Shown here one piece after another: positions 9,186 through 19,190 of a stretch of 64,000 nucleotides of DNA. The translations under genes and the position numbers were made by a program. This stretch comes from a virus. How positions within the stretch are numbered: the first letter of the stretch is position 1; each line of letters starts with the position of its first letter. Location: IMG/VR virus record IMGVR_UViG_3300044720_000021, positions 2,896 to 66,895 of that record; one strand, 5' to 3'. Below the pieces are notes generated by a model, which had not been told where the DNA came from, made no database searches, and saw nothing but the letters and a program-made list of their open reading frames with translations.

Positions 9186-10232
9186 ATGATCTACCGAGGG
9201 CGGGATCTCAATGCTGTCGCGCTGTGGGAGCAGTGGTGCGACTTTCCTCCGAATTTCACCGGGGATGGTGGTGGCTTCTCACCGCTGGTCATCTGCCCCA
9301 ACCCAGAGCACAACACAGACAAGCGACATTTTCAGGTCAACCTGGACAAGCCGCTTGTTCACTGCTTTGCATCATGCGGAATTTCAGGGACATACGAGCG
9401 GGCCATCTCGATCATCACAGGATGCTCAGAACGAGAGGCCCGTAAGGAGCTCCTGAAACACGCTCGCGTCGGCCTCGGCCCGAGGTCAAAGCGAAAAGGA
9501 CGCACGCCGGACGGACAAGTCAAGAGGTTGCAGGATGAAATTCCAGCACCCTCGCTCGACTATGAGCGGTACATACCGCAAGCCGGCATGAATTACCTTT
9601 CTGCCCGAGGGGTCGGGGCCGACGAGATCGTGAAGTGGGAGATCGGATGGGATCCTGCCGAGAGACGGATTGTCATTCCGGCCCACGATGACAGGGGGAT
9701 CGTCCGGTTCTTGATCAAGCGGGCAGTGAGCCCGAAGGACTTCCCCAAGTACCTCTACTGGCCCGAAAAAGCCCTCTGTGGGTGGGGAAAGACAGATATT
9801 CTCTACGGTGCTTGCAGATTCGACCTGAAGCGCGTATCATCTTTTGGGCTCGTGCTCGTGGAGGGGAGCCTAGACACGGCGAGGATCGATTCCTTCGGTT
9901 TTCCGGCAGGAGGGATCCTGGGAACAGGGCTCAGTGAAAAGCAGAGAGGAGTGATCAATAGAACTAGACCCAAGCGGATTTTCCTTATGTTCGACAAGGA
10001 CGCGGCGGGCGTCCAGAACATCTGGAAGGCAGAGGCGATGCTTCCAAAGCTACCGCTGTTCGTCTGCTTGTATCCCAAAGGAAAATCCGATCCTCAAGAA
10101 TTGACCCAAGAGGAGGCGGAATACTCCATTGAAAATGCACTGTCGTTGGTCAGATTCAAACGAAGGCTCCCGAAACGTCAAGCGAGAAGGAAGGTGACGC
10201 ATGGCACAGCCCACAGTCAGACGCGTTCGTAG
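9186..10232 (+). CDS. dnaG: DNA primase (zinc-binding domain plus TOPRIM)
   Basis: CPNPEH..HCFASCG zinc finger; LVEGSLD and MFDKDAAG TOPRIM motifs. Confidence 0.9.
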   Translation: MIYRGRDLNAVALWEQWCDFPPNFTGDGGGFSPLVICPNPEHNTDKRHFQVNLDKPLVHCFASCGISGTYERAISIITGCSEREARKELLKHARVGLGPRSKRKGRTPDGQVKRLQDEIPAPSLDYERYIPQAGMNYLSARGVGADEIVKWEIGWDPAERRIVIPAHDDRGIVRFLIKRAVSPKDFPKYLYWPEKALCGWGKTDILYGACRFDLKRVSSFGLVLVEGSLDTARIDSFGFPAGGILGTGLSEKQRGVINRTRPKRIFLMFDKDAAGVQNIWKAEAMLPKLPLFVCLYPKGKSDPQELTQEEAEYSIENALSLVRFKRRLPKRQARRKVTHGTAHSQTRS

Positions 10233-11454
10233 CGTCGAAGATCGAAACGCCGGTCGTGGTCAGTTCATCACGCTGAAACAGACGAACGATCAGTTCGTTG
10301 GGTTCGCGCTTTTCAAGCCCGACCCCGAGCTCGATGACAACCCCGGCTATTTCGAATACTTCGAGCACTACACGCCAGCCACGGGGTACTTCCCGTGCAT
10401 CGGAGACGACTGCCCTCTCTGCGCGGAGGGTGACAATCCTTCCACGCGGGCAAAGACTCTCTGGCTGGTGCCGAACGACAACAAGGAAATGGATGCCGAC
10501 GACGCGATCGTGAAGGTTTTCACGATGAACTGGTCGGTGATCCAGGAGTTCGCAGATCTTCATGCGGACGACGAGACGATCCTCAGTCGCGCGTTCCGCA
10601 TCAAGCGGCTCGAAGGGAATGGGAAGTATGCGGTGCGTCCCAAGCCTGAAAAGCTGAAGGCTCCGCAGGTCAAGGCCGCGTTGAAGGACGCACCGGATCT
10701 CGAACAGCTTGCGACCAAGCAGGCCGCTCGCGTGATGGAAGATCTCGACACGGCCGAGGCGATGGAGGCCGACGAGGACAAGGCCGAGGAGAAGGCCACG
10801 GCGAAGCAGTCGTCCACGTCCAAGGCGAAGAAGGGCAAGCCCGCAGAGGAGCCGGAGCCCGAGACGGGTGAGGACTTCGACCCGGAGGAGGCCAAGGAGT
10901 TCGCCGGGGAAGTCACGGTGAAAAAGCTGAACAAGTCCAAGCTGATCCTCACCGTCGAGACAGGGGACGTGTCGTTCGACGTGTACCTGATCGAAGGCGG
11001 CGACTTCGACATCGAGGACTACAACAAGGACGACACGCTGTATATCGAGGCTGCGAAGGACGAGGATGGCGATTTCATCGCCAGCGTGGTCACGAATGCA
11101 GAGGAGCCTGCCGAGGAGCCCGAGCCCGGTGACGAAGGTGACGAACCCGAACTGTTCGAGGGAGACGACTTCGACGGCAAGGTGACGGTCGTGTCGGTCA
11201 ACTCGGAGAACGACACGCTCACGGTGAAAACCGAGGACGACAAGACGTTCGAGCTCTACTTCCTCGGTGAAGGAGAGGACGAGGACGGGAACGACTGGTC
11301 GAACCTCGATCTCGATGACTTCTCGGAGGACGAGGAGATTGTCGTCGTTGCGGAAAGGGACGGTGAGGGCGACATGCTCGCGTCCAAGTTTCCCGCGAAG
11401 GCGAAGGGCAAGAAGGCAGCAGCCGGCGCGAAGAAAGCGTCCGGTCGCAAGTAG
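10201..11454 (+). CDS. Single-stranded DNA-binding protein with duplicated acidic C-terminal modules
   Basis: YFEH..YFPCIGDDCPLC..FRIKRLEG..Y resembles phage SSBs; follows primase. Confidence 0.6.
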   Translation: MAQPTVRRVRSVEDRNAGRGQFITLKQTNDQFVGFALFKPDPELDDNPGYFEYFEHYTPATGYFPCIGDDCPLCAEGDNPSTRAKTLWLVPNDNKEMDADDAIVKVFTMNWSVIQEFADLHADDETILSRAFRIKRLEGNGKYAVRPKPEKLKAPQVKAALKDAPDLEQLATKQAARVMEDLDTAEAMEADEDKAEEKATAKQSSTSKAKKGKPAEEPEPETGEDFDPEEAKEFAGEVTVKKLNKSKLILTVETGDVSFDVYLIEGGDFDIEDYNKDDTLYIEAAKDEDGDFIASVVTNAEEPAEEPEPGDEGDEPELFEGDDFDGKVTVVSVNSENDTLTVKTEDDKTFELYFLGEGEDEDGNDWSNLDLDDFSEDEEIVVVAERDGEGDMLASKFPAKAKGKKAAAGAKKASGRK

Positions 11455-11463
11455 AGAACTACC

Positions 11464-11516
11464 CCGGTGTGGCTTCTGCGGGCTTCGAAACCACTTCAAG
11501 CCCGCAGACCACCCGG
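11464..11516 (+). other. Intergenic hairpin before the collagen-like gene
   Basis: TCTGCGGGCTT / AAGCCCGCAGA 11-bp stem plus outer CCGG..GTGG / CCACCCGG pairing. Confidence 0.55.
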
Positions 11517-11535
11517 TCAATCGATAGAGGGGAGA

Positions 11536-12489
11536 ATGAAAATGACCAAGAGGATCAGCACCATCATCTCAGCACTGATCGCAGCGATCGTTGTTGCCAC
11601 CATTGCGTCCGCAGGCGCTCCGCAGTCGGCCAACCGGCCGCTCGGTGTCAGCGGGAACGTGATCACAGCCTGCGTCGAGTCGAGCAGCGCGAAGATCAGC
11701 AAGGAGTCGCGTGGCGACCTGAAGCTGCGCAATTGCCAGCCTGGGTTCACCAAGCTGTCATGGAACAAGGTCGGCCCGAAGGGCGCGGCTGGACAGAACG
11801 GTGCCGCAGGCCCGCAGGGCGTGCAGGGATTGTCAGGCGCACAGGGTGCAACTGGCCCGCAGGGTGCTCAGGGTGGCGCAGGCCCGAAGGGTGAAAAGGG
11901 CGATACAGGTGCTACCGGCCCGCAGGGGCCAGCAGGCCCGCAGGGAGAGGCCGGCGCACCCGCACCGACTCTGCTTCGGCTCAGTGGTGACTTCGCAGGA
12001 ACGAATGCGACTGTCGCTACGTCGCTCGACGGCGTGCAGTTCGGCCCGTACCCCGATGGCGGACAGTGGGGCGGCTCGGTCGCTTACAACGGACTCAATG
12101 GGCACACGCTCAGTGAGATCACGCAGTTGTCCTACACGGTCAAGCACTCGTCTCTCGATGACAGTGCGATCTCGTCGCCGTACCTGCGGATTTTCCTCGT
12201 AGGTGACAACGACGTGCTGTTCGACGCGACCGAGTGTGCCACCGTCGTGCCGACAGAGGACGAGTTCCACACCTACGAGGTCACCACGGCTGAAAAGCTG
12301 CGCTACAGTGATGACCCATGCGGTGCCGAGTACGATCCGCAGACGTGGGAGGAGATCGTTGCAGCCCACGGTGAGGAGATCATCGACGGCATCTACGTGA
12401 CGACGGGATTTGCTGGCGGTGCTCCGCTCGCGGCGATCCTTCGCTCGCTGAAGGTGAACGGAACCGACTTCGTGTTCGGGGCCGCGTAG
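11536..12489 (+). CDS. Exported collagen-repeat protein with C-terminal beta-rich domain
   Basis: Signal peptide; about 20 Gly-X-Y triplets ([19 protein letters not shown]). Confidence 0.75.
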   Translation: MKMTKRISTIISALIAAIVVATIASAGAPQSANRPLGVSGNVITACVESSSAKISKESRGDLKLRNCQPGFTKLSWNKVGPKGAAGQNGAAGPQGVQGLSGAQGATGPQGAQGGAGPKGEKGDTGATGPQGPAGPQGEAGAPAPTLLRLSGDFAGTNATVATSLDGVQFGPYPDGGQWGGSVAYNGLNGHTLSEITQLSYTVKHSSLDDSAISSPYLRIFLVGDNDVLFDATECATVVPTEDEFHTYEVTTAEKLRYSDDPCGAEYDPQTWEEIVAAHGEEIIDGIYVTTGFAGGAPLAAILRSLKVNGTDFVFGAA

Positions 12490-12500
12490 GATTGTCAGTT

Positions 12501-12574
12501 CGGGGGAGGGCCACGTCGAAGCGCTAGCGCGTGGAGGTCAGGGTGATCACCTTGATCTAACTGGCCCTCCCCCG
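12501..12574 (+). ncRNA. Structured RNA element upstream of HU gene
   Basis: Perfect 13-bp CGGGGGAGGGCCA / TGGCCCTCCCCCG stem enclosing a 10-bp stem with GATC loop. Confidence 0.45.
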
Positions 12575-12597
12575 ATTCAAACCCAACGAAAGGGCGG

Positions 12598-13071
12598 GTG
12601 AAAATGGAGACAGTGACACAGGCACAGCTTCTCAGAGGCACGCTCGACATCATGGAGGACGATCTTCGGATCACGTCGAAGCAGGCGAATGACTTCGTGT
12701 CGTCGTTGCGTGCGGTAGTCGAGGAGCAGGTGGAGTTCGGGAACAAGGTCAACCTGCTTGGGCTCGGTATTTTCACTCCGGTTGGCGTTCTTGCCAAGCC
12801 GAAGCGGAAAGGCGTCAAGCCGCAGACTGGCGAGGAAGTTGTCTACCCGGCGAAGCCCGCGTCCGTGAAGCTGAAGTTCGGCATCGCCAAGCGCGTCAGG
12901 GAGGCTCTGCCGGCCACGACGAGTAGCGCAGGCAAGTCTCTCCTCTCTACGGCCAAGCAGCGGGCAGAGGCAGCCGCAGAGCGTCGGGCAAAGCGCGAGG
13001 AGGAGGAAGCCAAGGCGGCACGCAAGGCCGAGCGCGATGCGAAGAAGGCGGCGGGCGGGAAGAAGAAGTGA
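12598..13071 (+). CDS. hup: HU/IHF-family DNA-binding protein with Ala/Lys/Glu-rich tail
   Basis: GNKVNLLGLGIF..KRKGVKPQTGEEVVYPAK..KF HU signature. Confidence 0.85.
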   Translation: MKMETVTQAQLLRGTLDIMEDDLRITSKQANDFVSSLRAVVEEQVEFGNKVNLLGLGIFTPVGVLAKPKRKGVKPQTGEEVVYPAKPASVKLKFGIAKRVREALPATTSSAGKSLLSTAKQRAEAAAERRAKREEEEAKAARKAERDAKKAAGGKKK

Positions 13072-13322
13072 GCGTCCACGACGCCAACTACCGCAAGCTG
13101 AAGAAGGAGCTCGGGATCCCCGAGGACGAGCCCATTTTCATTCTTCGTGCGAAAGACAGGCTGGCGTTGCCAGTCATCACTCGATACACGAACTCGGCTC
13201 GTCAGATCGAGAGCGCAAAGGTGCGTCCGTCTGACGAGTGGTTCGAGCAGATGGGTGAGGTCGAGCGTCAGTTCGCAGACTTCGCAAGTGCCCATCCATC
13301 GCAAATGAAAATCCCCGACTAG
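13068..13322 (+). CDS. Conserved phage hypothetical protein
   Basis: EPIFILRAKDRLA motif familiar from phage small proteins. Confidence 0.55.
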   Translation: MSVHDANYRKLKKELGIPEDEPIFILRAKDRLALPVITRYTNSARQIESAKVRPSDEWFEQMGEVERQFADFASAHPSQMKIPD

Positions 13323-13334
13323 AAAGAGGCACGA

Positions 13335-13643
13335 ATGAGTTGGAGCGTAAGCAAGAACGGGATTGCCGAGCCGCATGACATCATGGACGCCGTTGGCGCT
13401 CAGTTCAAAGAGACGTACCCGGAGCCAGCCGAGGGCGTCGATGATCAGGCTCGCGCAGCGGCAGGCGTAGCGCAGGATCTCGCGTTCGAGGCGTTCGATG
13501 GTGAAGGCCCGTTCAACGTGCAGATGTCCGGCCATGTGAAAAACGAGGACTCGGACTCGTTTGTCTCGGTCATCGTCACGAAGGTCACAGAAGCCGAATC
13601 GGACGAGACGGCAGACGCACCTGCCGAAGCAGCGACGGTCTAA
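13335..13643 (+). CDS. Acidic hypothetical protein
   Basis: AGAGG RBS; GC3-rich codons. Confidence 0.55.
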   Translation: MSWSVSKNGIAEPHDIMDAVGAQFKETYPEPAEGVDDQARAAAGVAQDLAFEAFDGEGPFNVQMSGHVKNEDSDSFVSVIVTKVTEAESDETADAPAEAATV

Positions 13644-13647
13644 CCGA

Positions 13648-13690
13648 TTACCCCGCCGTTGGCTGACGCTGGCGGCGGGGTAACTACTTT
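13648..13690 (+). terminator. Intrinsic terminator-like hairpin before dnaE
   Basis: TTACCCCGCCGTTGGC-TGAC-GCTGGCGGCGGGGTAA then CTACTTTT. Confidence 0.6.
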
Positions 13691-13704
13691 TCAGAGGAGC
13701 TCGT

Positions 13705-16700
13705 ATGGCGCGTAAGTCACTCAGGGAATACACTGCTCCCGATTTTCATGTCCACAGTGGTTACTCTCTGCTCGATGGGCAGGGGAGTCCGGTGGACATC
13801 GTTGCGCGAGCCATCGAACTCGGGTGGGGAGCCGCAGCGCTCACAGAGCACGGCTGGATGGGATCAGCGCCGGCCTTCTATCAGATGTGCCGCGCGAAGC
13901 AGTGGCCGAATGGAGATCCCAAGCGGCAGATCAAGCCGATCCTCGGGTGCGAGTTCTACGTCGTGCCTGATGAAATTCTCGGAGTCAACAACAAGGACAC
14001 GCAGAAGTCGAGCCGTCACCTGACTGTGCTCGCGCTCACGAAGGAGGGCTATCAGAACCTCGTTGCGTGGCAGACCCTCTCGATGCAGCGTGAAAATTTC
14101 TATCACCGTCCTCGTCTGAGCATCGAAGCGATGATCGAGAGCGCCCCGTGGCCGCTCCATCACAACGTCGTGCTCTCAGGTTGCATGGGTGGCGAGCTCT
14201 GCATGACGCTCGCGCAGTGCAACGGCAATGGACTCAGTGCCGGCGTTGAATATGTGGACGCAATGAAAAGCGTGTTCCCGAACTTCTATGTGGAGATCCA
14301 AAATCACAGTCACGAGTTCTTCTTCGGCAAAGGTTTTCAGTCATACGAGGAGATGTGCGTCAAGCAGGATGCGCTGAACATCGTCTTGCATGAGATCTCA
14401 GTCAGGTCGGGAACGCCCATCGTCCTGACCAACGACTCGCACTACCAGTCGAAGGAACAGCGCAAGGCACACATCGCAATGCTCGCCTCGAAGATGAATC
14501 GGTGGTCGAAGGGCGACACGCATCGCGACGAGAGCGACGAGCACAACGTCAAGGGATACGTTCGCGACTATGCCTACTGGCGGAATTTCATGATGCCGAT
14601 GGAGGAGTTGGAGGTCAGGACTCCTCTTGCGGCCGGCGCGTGCAAGACGATCTTGGAAATCGTGGACGAGGTTGACATCAGGCTCGATCCTCTCGATGAC
14701 TTTAGCTACTCCATCGCATTTTCAGGCTACGACGACACGACGCACGAGATCCGGGCTCGCTGCAAAAAGCGACTGCATGAACTGATGATCAAGCACGGTG
14801 GCGACATCGCAGTCGAGCGGTTCGAGCACGAGCTCCGCGCGATGGGGAATTTCAAGCACTACCTCCTGATGATGTCCGACTTCATCAAGTGGGCTGAGGA
14901 TCAGGGCATCTACACCGAGGTCAGAGGATCTGCGAATGCGTCCATCCTCTGCTACTGCCTGAAAATTCACGACATCGATTCAATCCAATACAAGCTGACG
15001 TTCGAGCGGTTCGTCAACCCTGAGCGGAAGAAGATGCCGGACATCGACATCGACATCGAGGCCGACCGCTACCCGGACTTCATGAAATTCGTCCAGCAGT
15101 ACGTCGAGGAGCGCGAAGGGCCGGATCAAATCGCGCTGATCTGCAACCTCGGCACGATGGCAAACCGTTCGACCTTCCGCATGGCCGCTGAGGCATACGG
15201 AATCGAAAAGGAAACCATCGATGAAATTGCAGACCTACTGCCGCAGATGATCGACTCGGGCATCGTGGAGGAGGGCGACGACGCCTACTCCGTGCTCAAG
15301 GACGAGTTCCCTGAGCTCTATGACGTTGCGCGCGGGATCTTCGACAGTCCCAAGAACGTCAGTCAGCACGCCTGCGGCTGGATTTTCGGTACGAAGGAGC
15401 GTCCGCTCAAGGACTGGATCCCGCTCTACCTGATCGCGTCGAGCGGAGCGATGGTGACGCAGTACGACTACAAGACCATCGAGAAGTTCGGGCTCACCAA
15501 GGGAGATTTTCTTCGCCAGAAATATCTGGCCGTGATGAAAAGATGCGCCCAGATGTCGGGCATGACGATCGCTGATCTGAAGGAGATCCCTCTGGATGAT
15601 CCGGCGACGATGCAGCGGATCCGCGATGGACGTACCGAGGGTGTTTTCACCCTTCAGGGAAAGACCAACCGCACAGGTGGGATGGAAGTCGAGCCTGAAA
15701 ATGAGCACGGTGTCATCGCCTCGGTTGCCATCTATCGCCCGAGCCTGACGCGTCCCGGCTACCACAAGGTCTACAACAACCGTCGTCGTGGTGACGAGCA
15801 TGTCACCTACCCGCACGAGCTAGCGGAGAGCGTCCTGGGTGAGTCGTTCGGTCTGCCGATTTTTCAGGAGCAGATCCTCGATCTTGGTTACGCCATCGGG
15901 TTCGACCACAACGACGCGCAGGAGCTCTTGGACGCGATCAAGCTGGCGAAGGGCATCGGTCGTGGTGCGAAGGAAGCGTTCGCAAAGATCAAGCCCAAGT
16001 TCATCGAAACCGCTAGTGAAAAGATGACCGTCAAGCAGGCGACGGAGATGTGGGACACGTACATGGAATCCTTCCAGGGCTACGGGTTCAACCGAGCCCA
16101 CGCGACGGGCTACGGGATCCGCGCCGACAGGGCCGCGTACCTGCTCGAACATCACACGCAGAACTTCTACGTCAGCTTGCTCGACGTGTACCCTGAAAAG
16201 CACAAGTATGTGGCGGGTGCAAGGTCGGAGGGGTTCCGGTTCCTCCCCCCGGACATCAATCAGTCATCGGCCGGCTTCACGAAGGGGACAGATGAAAACT
16301 CGATCCGTGTCGGTCTTGCCCGAATTCATGGTGTCGGGCCGGCGGCTCTCAAGTCTATCCTTGTTGGCCAGCCTTTTTCATCGCTTGACGATCTCAAAGA
16401 GCGAACGCCGGGAACTTCGGTCAAGGTCACGACGATCAACAACCTCGCGGCAGCGGGAGCGCTCTCGTCTTTGGGTGTAGAGGCGACCGAAGATGACAGC
16501 GAGATGTTGAAAATCCTCGGCTTCCTTTGCGACAGCCCGAAGGCGATGGAGGGCATCGAACCTGACAAGGGCGCAGTCAGGCGGTGGACGAGTGATCGAG
16601 GCTCGCATCACCTGGGGCTCTACCGGGGTGTCGAGATCACGGACTACAAAGAGAGCGTCAGTAAGCTGTTCTGGATCCCCGAGCTACCTGACGACGAGCT

Positions 16701-17052
16701 ACTGAAAAAGAAGGCGAGCTCTTGGGCGCGAGTCAAGACGTGGCTCATGTTGGTGGTGGATGAAAATGGCATACCGTTTCACATCATGGTCAACGAGGAC
16801 AGGAAGGAGGAAGTCGCCTACCTCGATTTCATCATCAAGAGGCACAAGGGCGCAGTCATCTGCTTCGACGGCTCGATCAAGAAGCCGTTCGACACAGACG
16901 GCCCGATGGGGTTCCGCTTCTACGAGGTCACAGGTGCTAACCGTGACAATCCGCAGGTGTGGAGCCCAAATGAGGACGAGCGCATGACAAGGGGCTTCTG
17001 CCTCCTCAGCAAGAAGAAGCGACAAGCGCGAACCAAAACAACAGGAGGGTGA
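13705..17052 (+). CDS. dnaE: DNA polymerase III alpha subunit (C family)
   Basis: PHP HVHSGYSLLDG, TEHG, TNDSHY; RGSA; catalytic MPDIDID; QHACG; GYGFNRAHA; no intein seen. Confidence 0.95.
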   Translation: MARKSLREYTAPDFHVHSGYSLLDGQGSPVDIVARAIELGWGAAALTEHGWMGSAPAFYQMCRAKQWPNGDPKRQIKPILGCEFYVVPDEILGVNNKDTQKSSRHLTVLALTKEGYQNLVAWQTLSMQRENFYHRPRLSIEAMIESAPWPLHHNVVLSGCMGGELCMTLAQCNGNGLSAGVEYVDAMKSVFPNFYVEIQNHSHEFFFGKGFQSYEEMCVKQDALNIVLHEISVRSGTPIVLTNDSHYQSKEQRKAHIAMLASKMNRWSKGDTHRDESDEHNVKGYVRDYAYWRNFMMPMEELEVRTPLAAGACKTILEIVDEVDIRLDPLDDFSYSIAFSGYDDTTHEIRARCKKRLHELMIKHGGDIAVERFEHELRAMGNFKHYLLMMSDFIKWAEDQGIYTEVRGSANASILCYCLKIHDIDSIQYKLTFERFVNPERKKMPDIDIDIEADRYPDFMKFVQQYVEEREGPDQIALICNLGTMANRSTFRMAAEAYGIEKETIDEIADLLPQMIDSGIVEEGDDAYSVLKDEFPELYDVARGIFDSPKNVSQHACGWIFGTKERPLKDWIPLYLIASSGAMVTQYDYKTIEKFGLTKGDFLRQKYLAVMKRCAQMSGMTIADLKEIPLDDPATMQRIRDGRTEGVFTLQGKTNRTGGMEVEPENEHGVIASVAIYRPSLTRPGYHKVYNNRRRGDEHVTYPHELAESVLGESFGLPIFQEQILDLGYAIGFDHNDAQELLDAIKLAKGIGRGAKEAFAKIKPKFIETASEKMTVKQATEMWDTYMESFQGYGFNRAHATGYGIRADRAAYLLEHHTQNFYVSLLDVYPEKHKYVAGARSEGFRFLPPDINQSSAGFTKGTDENSIRVGLARIHGVGPAALKSILVGQPFSSLDDLKERTPGTSVKVTTINNLAAAGALSSLGVEATEDDSEMLKILGFLCDSPKAMEGIEPDKGAVRRWTSDRGSHHLGLYRGVEITDYKESVSKLFWIPELPDDELLKKKASSWARVKTWLMLVVDENGIPFHIMVNEDRKEEVAYLDFIIKRHKGAVICFDGSIKKPFDTDGPMGFRFYEVTGANRDNPQVWSPNEDERMTRGFCLLSKKKRQARTKTTGG

Positions 17053-17615
17053 AAATGGCACCATTTCCACAGATCGATCACTACATGGGTCGCAAGATCG
17101 AAGCGATCGAGGATCACGAGCTCGGGTGGGCGCTCCTTCTTGAAGGTGGCGTTCGCTTCGTGGTCACGGATTCGCTCGCAGAGCGGCCCTTGGAGGAGCA
17201 CGTCGTCGGCAAGGCGCTTCAGCGGCAGGATCTCTCGGCGCACGGCACGACGCTGTGGTTCGGGACGGATGAAAACCGTCTCGCGATGAAGCTGATCCTG
17301 ACGCCGAACAAGTACGCCGTCGCGGAGCCGAACTACGAGGGCGGTCTGCTTGTCAATCCTCAGCAGCCCGAGGAGTACGCGGACATTCAGACCGTGGAGC
17401 CTGTCGCTCCGGGCGAGCGCAGCGTGGAAGGCCCGGACGAGGAAGGCGTTGCGGAGCGCGAGCTACTTGACCCTCAGCTTGCAGAAGCCGACGCGGCCGG
17501 CGAGGCAGCAGAAGCAGAGCGGCCCGCTCGTGAGGCGGCGGAAGCAGCAGAGGCCGAACGACTCGCGCAGGAAGCCGCTGCGGGCGACGAAACGGATCCT
17601 AGGACTGATTCCTAG
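17049..17615 (+). CDS. Hypothetical protein with Ala/Glu-rich tail
   Basis: GGAGGG RBS; overlap with dnaE stop. Confidence 0.6.
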   Translation: MKMAPFPQIDHYMGRKIEAIEDHELGWALLLEGGVRFVVTDSLAERPLEEHVVGKALQRQDLSAHGTTLWFGTDENRLAMKLILTPNKYAVAEPNYEGGLLVNPQQPEEYADIQTVEPVAPGERSVEGPDEEGVAERELLDPQLAEADAAGEAAEAERPAREAAEAAEAERLAQEAAAGDETDPRTDS

Positions 17616-17912
17616 GTGGAGCGCTCTCAGGGGCGTAGAGGGCCGCTCAGTCGGCTGGCCGACCACTTCAGCATGGACTCGCTGCGAGCCCGTCAGCAGC
17701 GCGACCATGACGCCGAGCAAGCGCTGAAGCGTCTACAGGCGCAGGTGGCTGAAAGGCAGAAGGGTGGCCCGAGGAAGAAAATCAGCACCACCCCGCGTAA
17801 GACGAAGGTGGTAATGAAACGTCGGGACAAGAAATCGAACAAACCGATTCGCAAGAACAAGACGCGGCGGCTTCGGTATCTAAAGGCTGAGAAGCAGAGA
17901 ATCAACAGATGA
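17616..17912 (+). CDS. Basic hypothetical protein
   Basis: Lys/Arg-rich C-terminal half; fills gap before recA. Confidence 0.45.
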   Translation: MERSQGRRGPLSRLADHFSMDSLRARQQRDHDAEQALKRLQAQVAERQKGGPRKKISTTPRKTKVVMKRRDKKSNKPIRKNKTRRLRYLKAEKQRINR

Positions 17913-18979
17913 AAAGACGACCGCCCTCAGCAGCAGCACAGATCCGCGATGCGGTCAACACCGCGTTGAGTGCGGACGTGATCGGGCTCGCGTCCGACTC
18001 ACGGTTCAAGGTCGAGAAGATCACGACTGGCAGCCTGACAATCGACAGGATCACAGGTGGTGGGCTTCCGCGTGGCCGGCACGTCGAGCTCTCTGGCGAC
18101 TACGCCGCAGGGAAGTCCACCATCGCCTATCGAACGATGGCTCTCGCGCAGCAACGGGGAGAGTTGTGCGCACTCGCGGATCCCGAGAAGGTGTTCGAGG
18201 CAGATTGGTTCCGTCAGCAAGGAGGCGATCCTGAAAATCTACTAATGATGCGACCGGATGAAGGGCAACACGCAGCAGAGCACCTGATCGAAGTGCTGAT
18301 GCTGTTCGCTCGCGGCGGTGAGGGTCTGCCCAAGGTCAGCATCGTCACTATCGACTCGGTTGCATCTCTCCTGCCGGGAGAGGAACTGAAAAAGCAGCCG
18401 ACCGAGGGTGAGGACAGAACGGCATCCCGAGCTCGGATGATGTCGCGTCTGCTTCGGCGGGTGACGACGGTGAATCAGGACACGCTTTTCATCTGGACGA
18501 ATCAGACCATCGACAAGGTGTCCGGTTACGGCGGCACGACGACGCCGGGAGGTCGGGCGCTCAAGTTCTATGCGTCGGTGCGGCTCGAACTGAAAAAGCT
18601 GGACAGGAAGAAAGCCGAGCGCAACATCGTGGTCAAGGGCAAGATGACGAAGAAGGAAGTTCCAGTCGGGCAGTGGGTTGCAGTCCGCGCTGAAAAGCAA
18701 AAGACGGCAAGGCCCGAGATGGAGGGGACGTTCCTGTTCGACTTCGACCGCAAGTGCATCGATCGCGAGCGCGAGATCCTGTTCCTCGGGCTCCAAGACG
18801 GGCTGATCGATCGGCGCGGTAACGTGTACCACTTCGAGGACTCAGACGGTCAGGCGTGGTCGGGCATGGAGACAGCGTTCGTCAACCTGCTCCGCGATAC
18901 GCCAGAGATGGCCGATGAAATTGCCTGGGCAATCAATGCCAACACAATGATGATGGGAGGAGATGAAAATGGCTCGTGA
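17909..18979 (+). CDS. recA: RecA-family recombinase
   Basis: TTGSLTID..GGGLPRGR; GDYAAGKST; IDSVASL; TTPGGRALKFYASVRLEL. Confidence 0.95.
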   Translation: MKRRPPSAAAQIRDAVNTALSADVIGLASDSRFKVEKITTGSLTIDRITGGGLPRGRHVELSGDYAAGKSTIAYRTMALAQQRGELCALADPEKVFEADWFRQQGGDPENLLMMRPDEGQHAAEHLIEVLMLFARGGEGLPKVSIVTIDSVASLLPGEELKKQPTEGEDRTASRARMMSRLLRRVTTVNQDTLFIWTNQTIDKVSGYGGTTTPGGRALKFYASVRLELKKLDRKKAERNIVVKGKMTKKEVPVGQWVAVRAEKQKTARPEMEGTFLFDFDRKCIDREREILFLGLQDGLIDRRGNVYHFEDSDGQAWSGMETAFVNLLRDTPEMADEIAWAINANTMMMGGDENGS

Positions 18980-19190
18980 GCAGACATGCGACATCTGCAA
19001 TAAACCAGCAGAGCTCGCCGCCAAGCTGTATCTCGGGCCGCGCGGTAGAGGGAAGGACTTCTCCTCCTACACCGCACACCTTGACGTGGGGACGTGTTGC
19101 CTCGTGAGGGTGCAGGGCTTTGGCAAGTGGCAGAAGCGCCGGAAGATCAATCGTGAGAAGAAGCCGGTCGAGGAGCCGCAGGCAGCCTGA
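18963..19190 (+). CDS. Small zinc-finger protein
   Basis: CDIC..CC. Confidence 0.55.
   Translation: MKMAREQTCDICNKPAELAAKLYLGPRGRGKDFSSYTAHLDVGTCCLVRVQGFGKWQKRRKINREKKPVEEPQAA

Noticed and set aside
10156-11520. 454-aa minus-strand ORF and similar long antisense ORFs (7687-8715, 29124-30224, 49364-50572, 60161-61126)
   Set aside because: Shadows of GC3-biased plus-strand genes; no RBS or recognisable motifs
12534-12560. AGGTCAGG resembling SRP RNA helix 8
   Set aside because: Partner AGCAG and GNRA loop are absent
13705-17052. Intein or intron in dnaE, recA, dnaB or terL
   Set aside because: Lengths are normal and no intein motifs or homing-endonuclease inserts were seen
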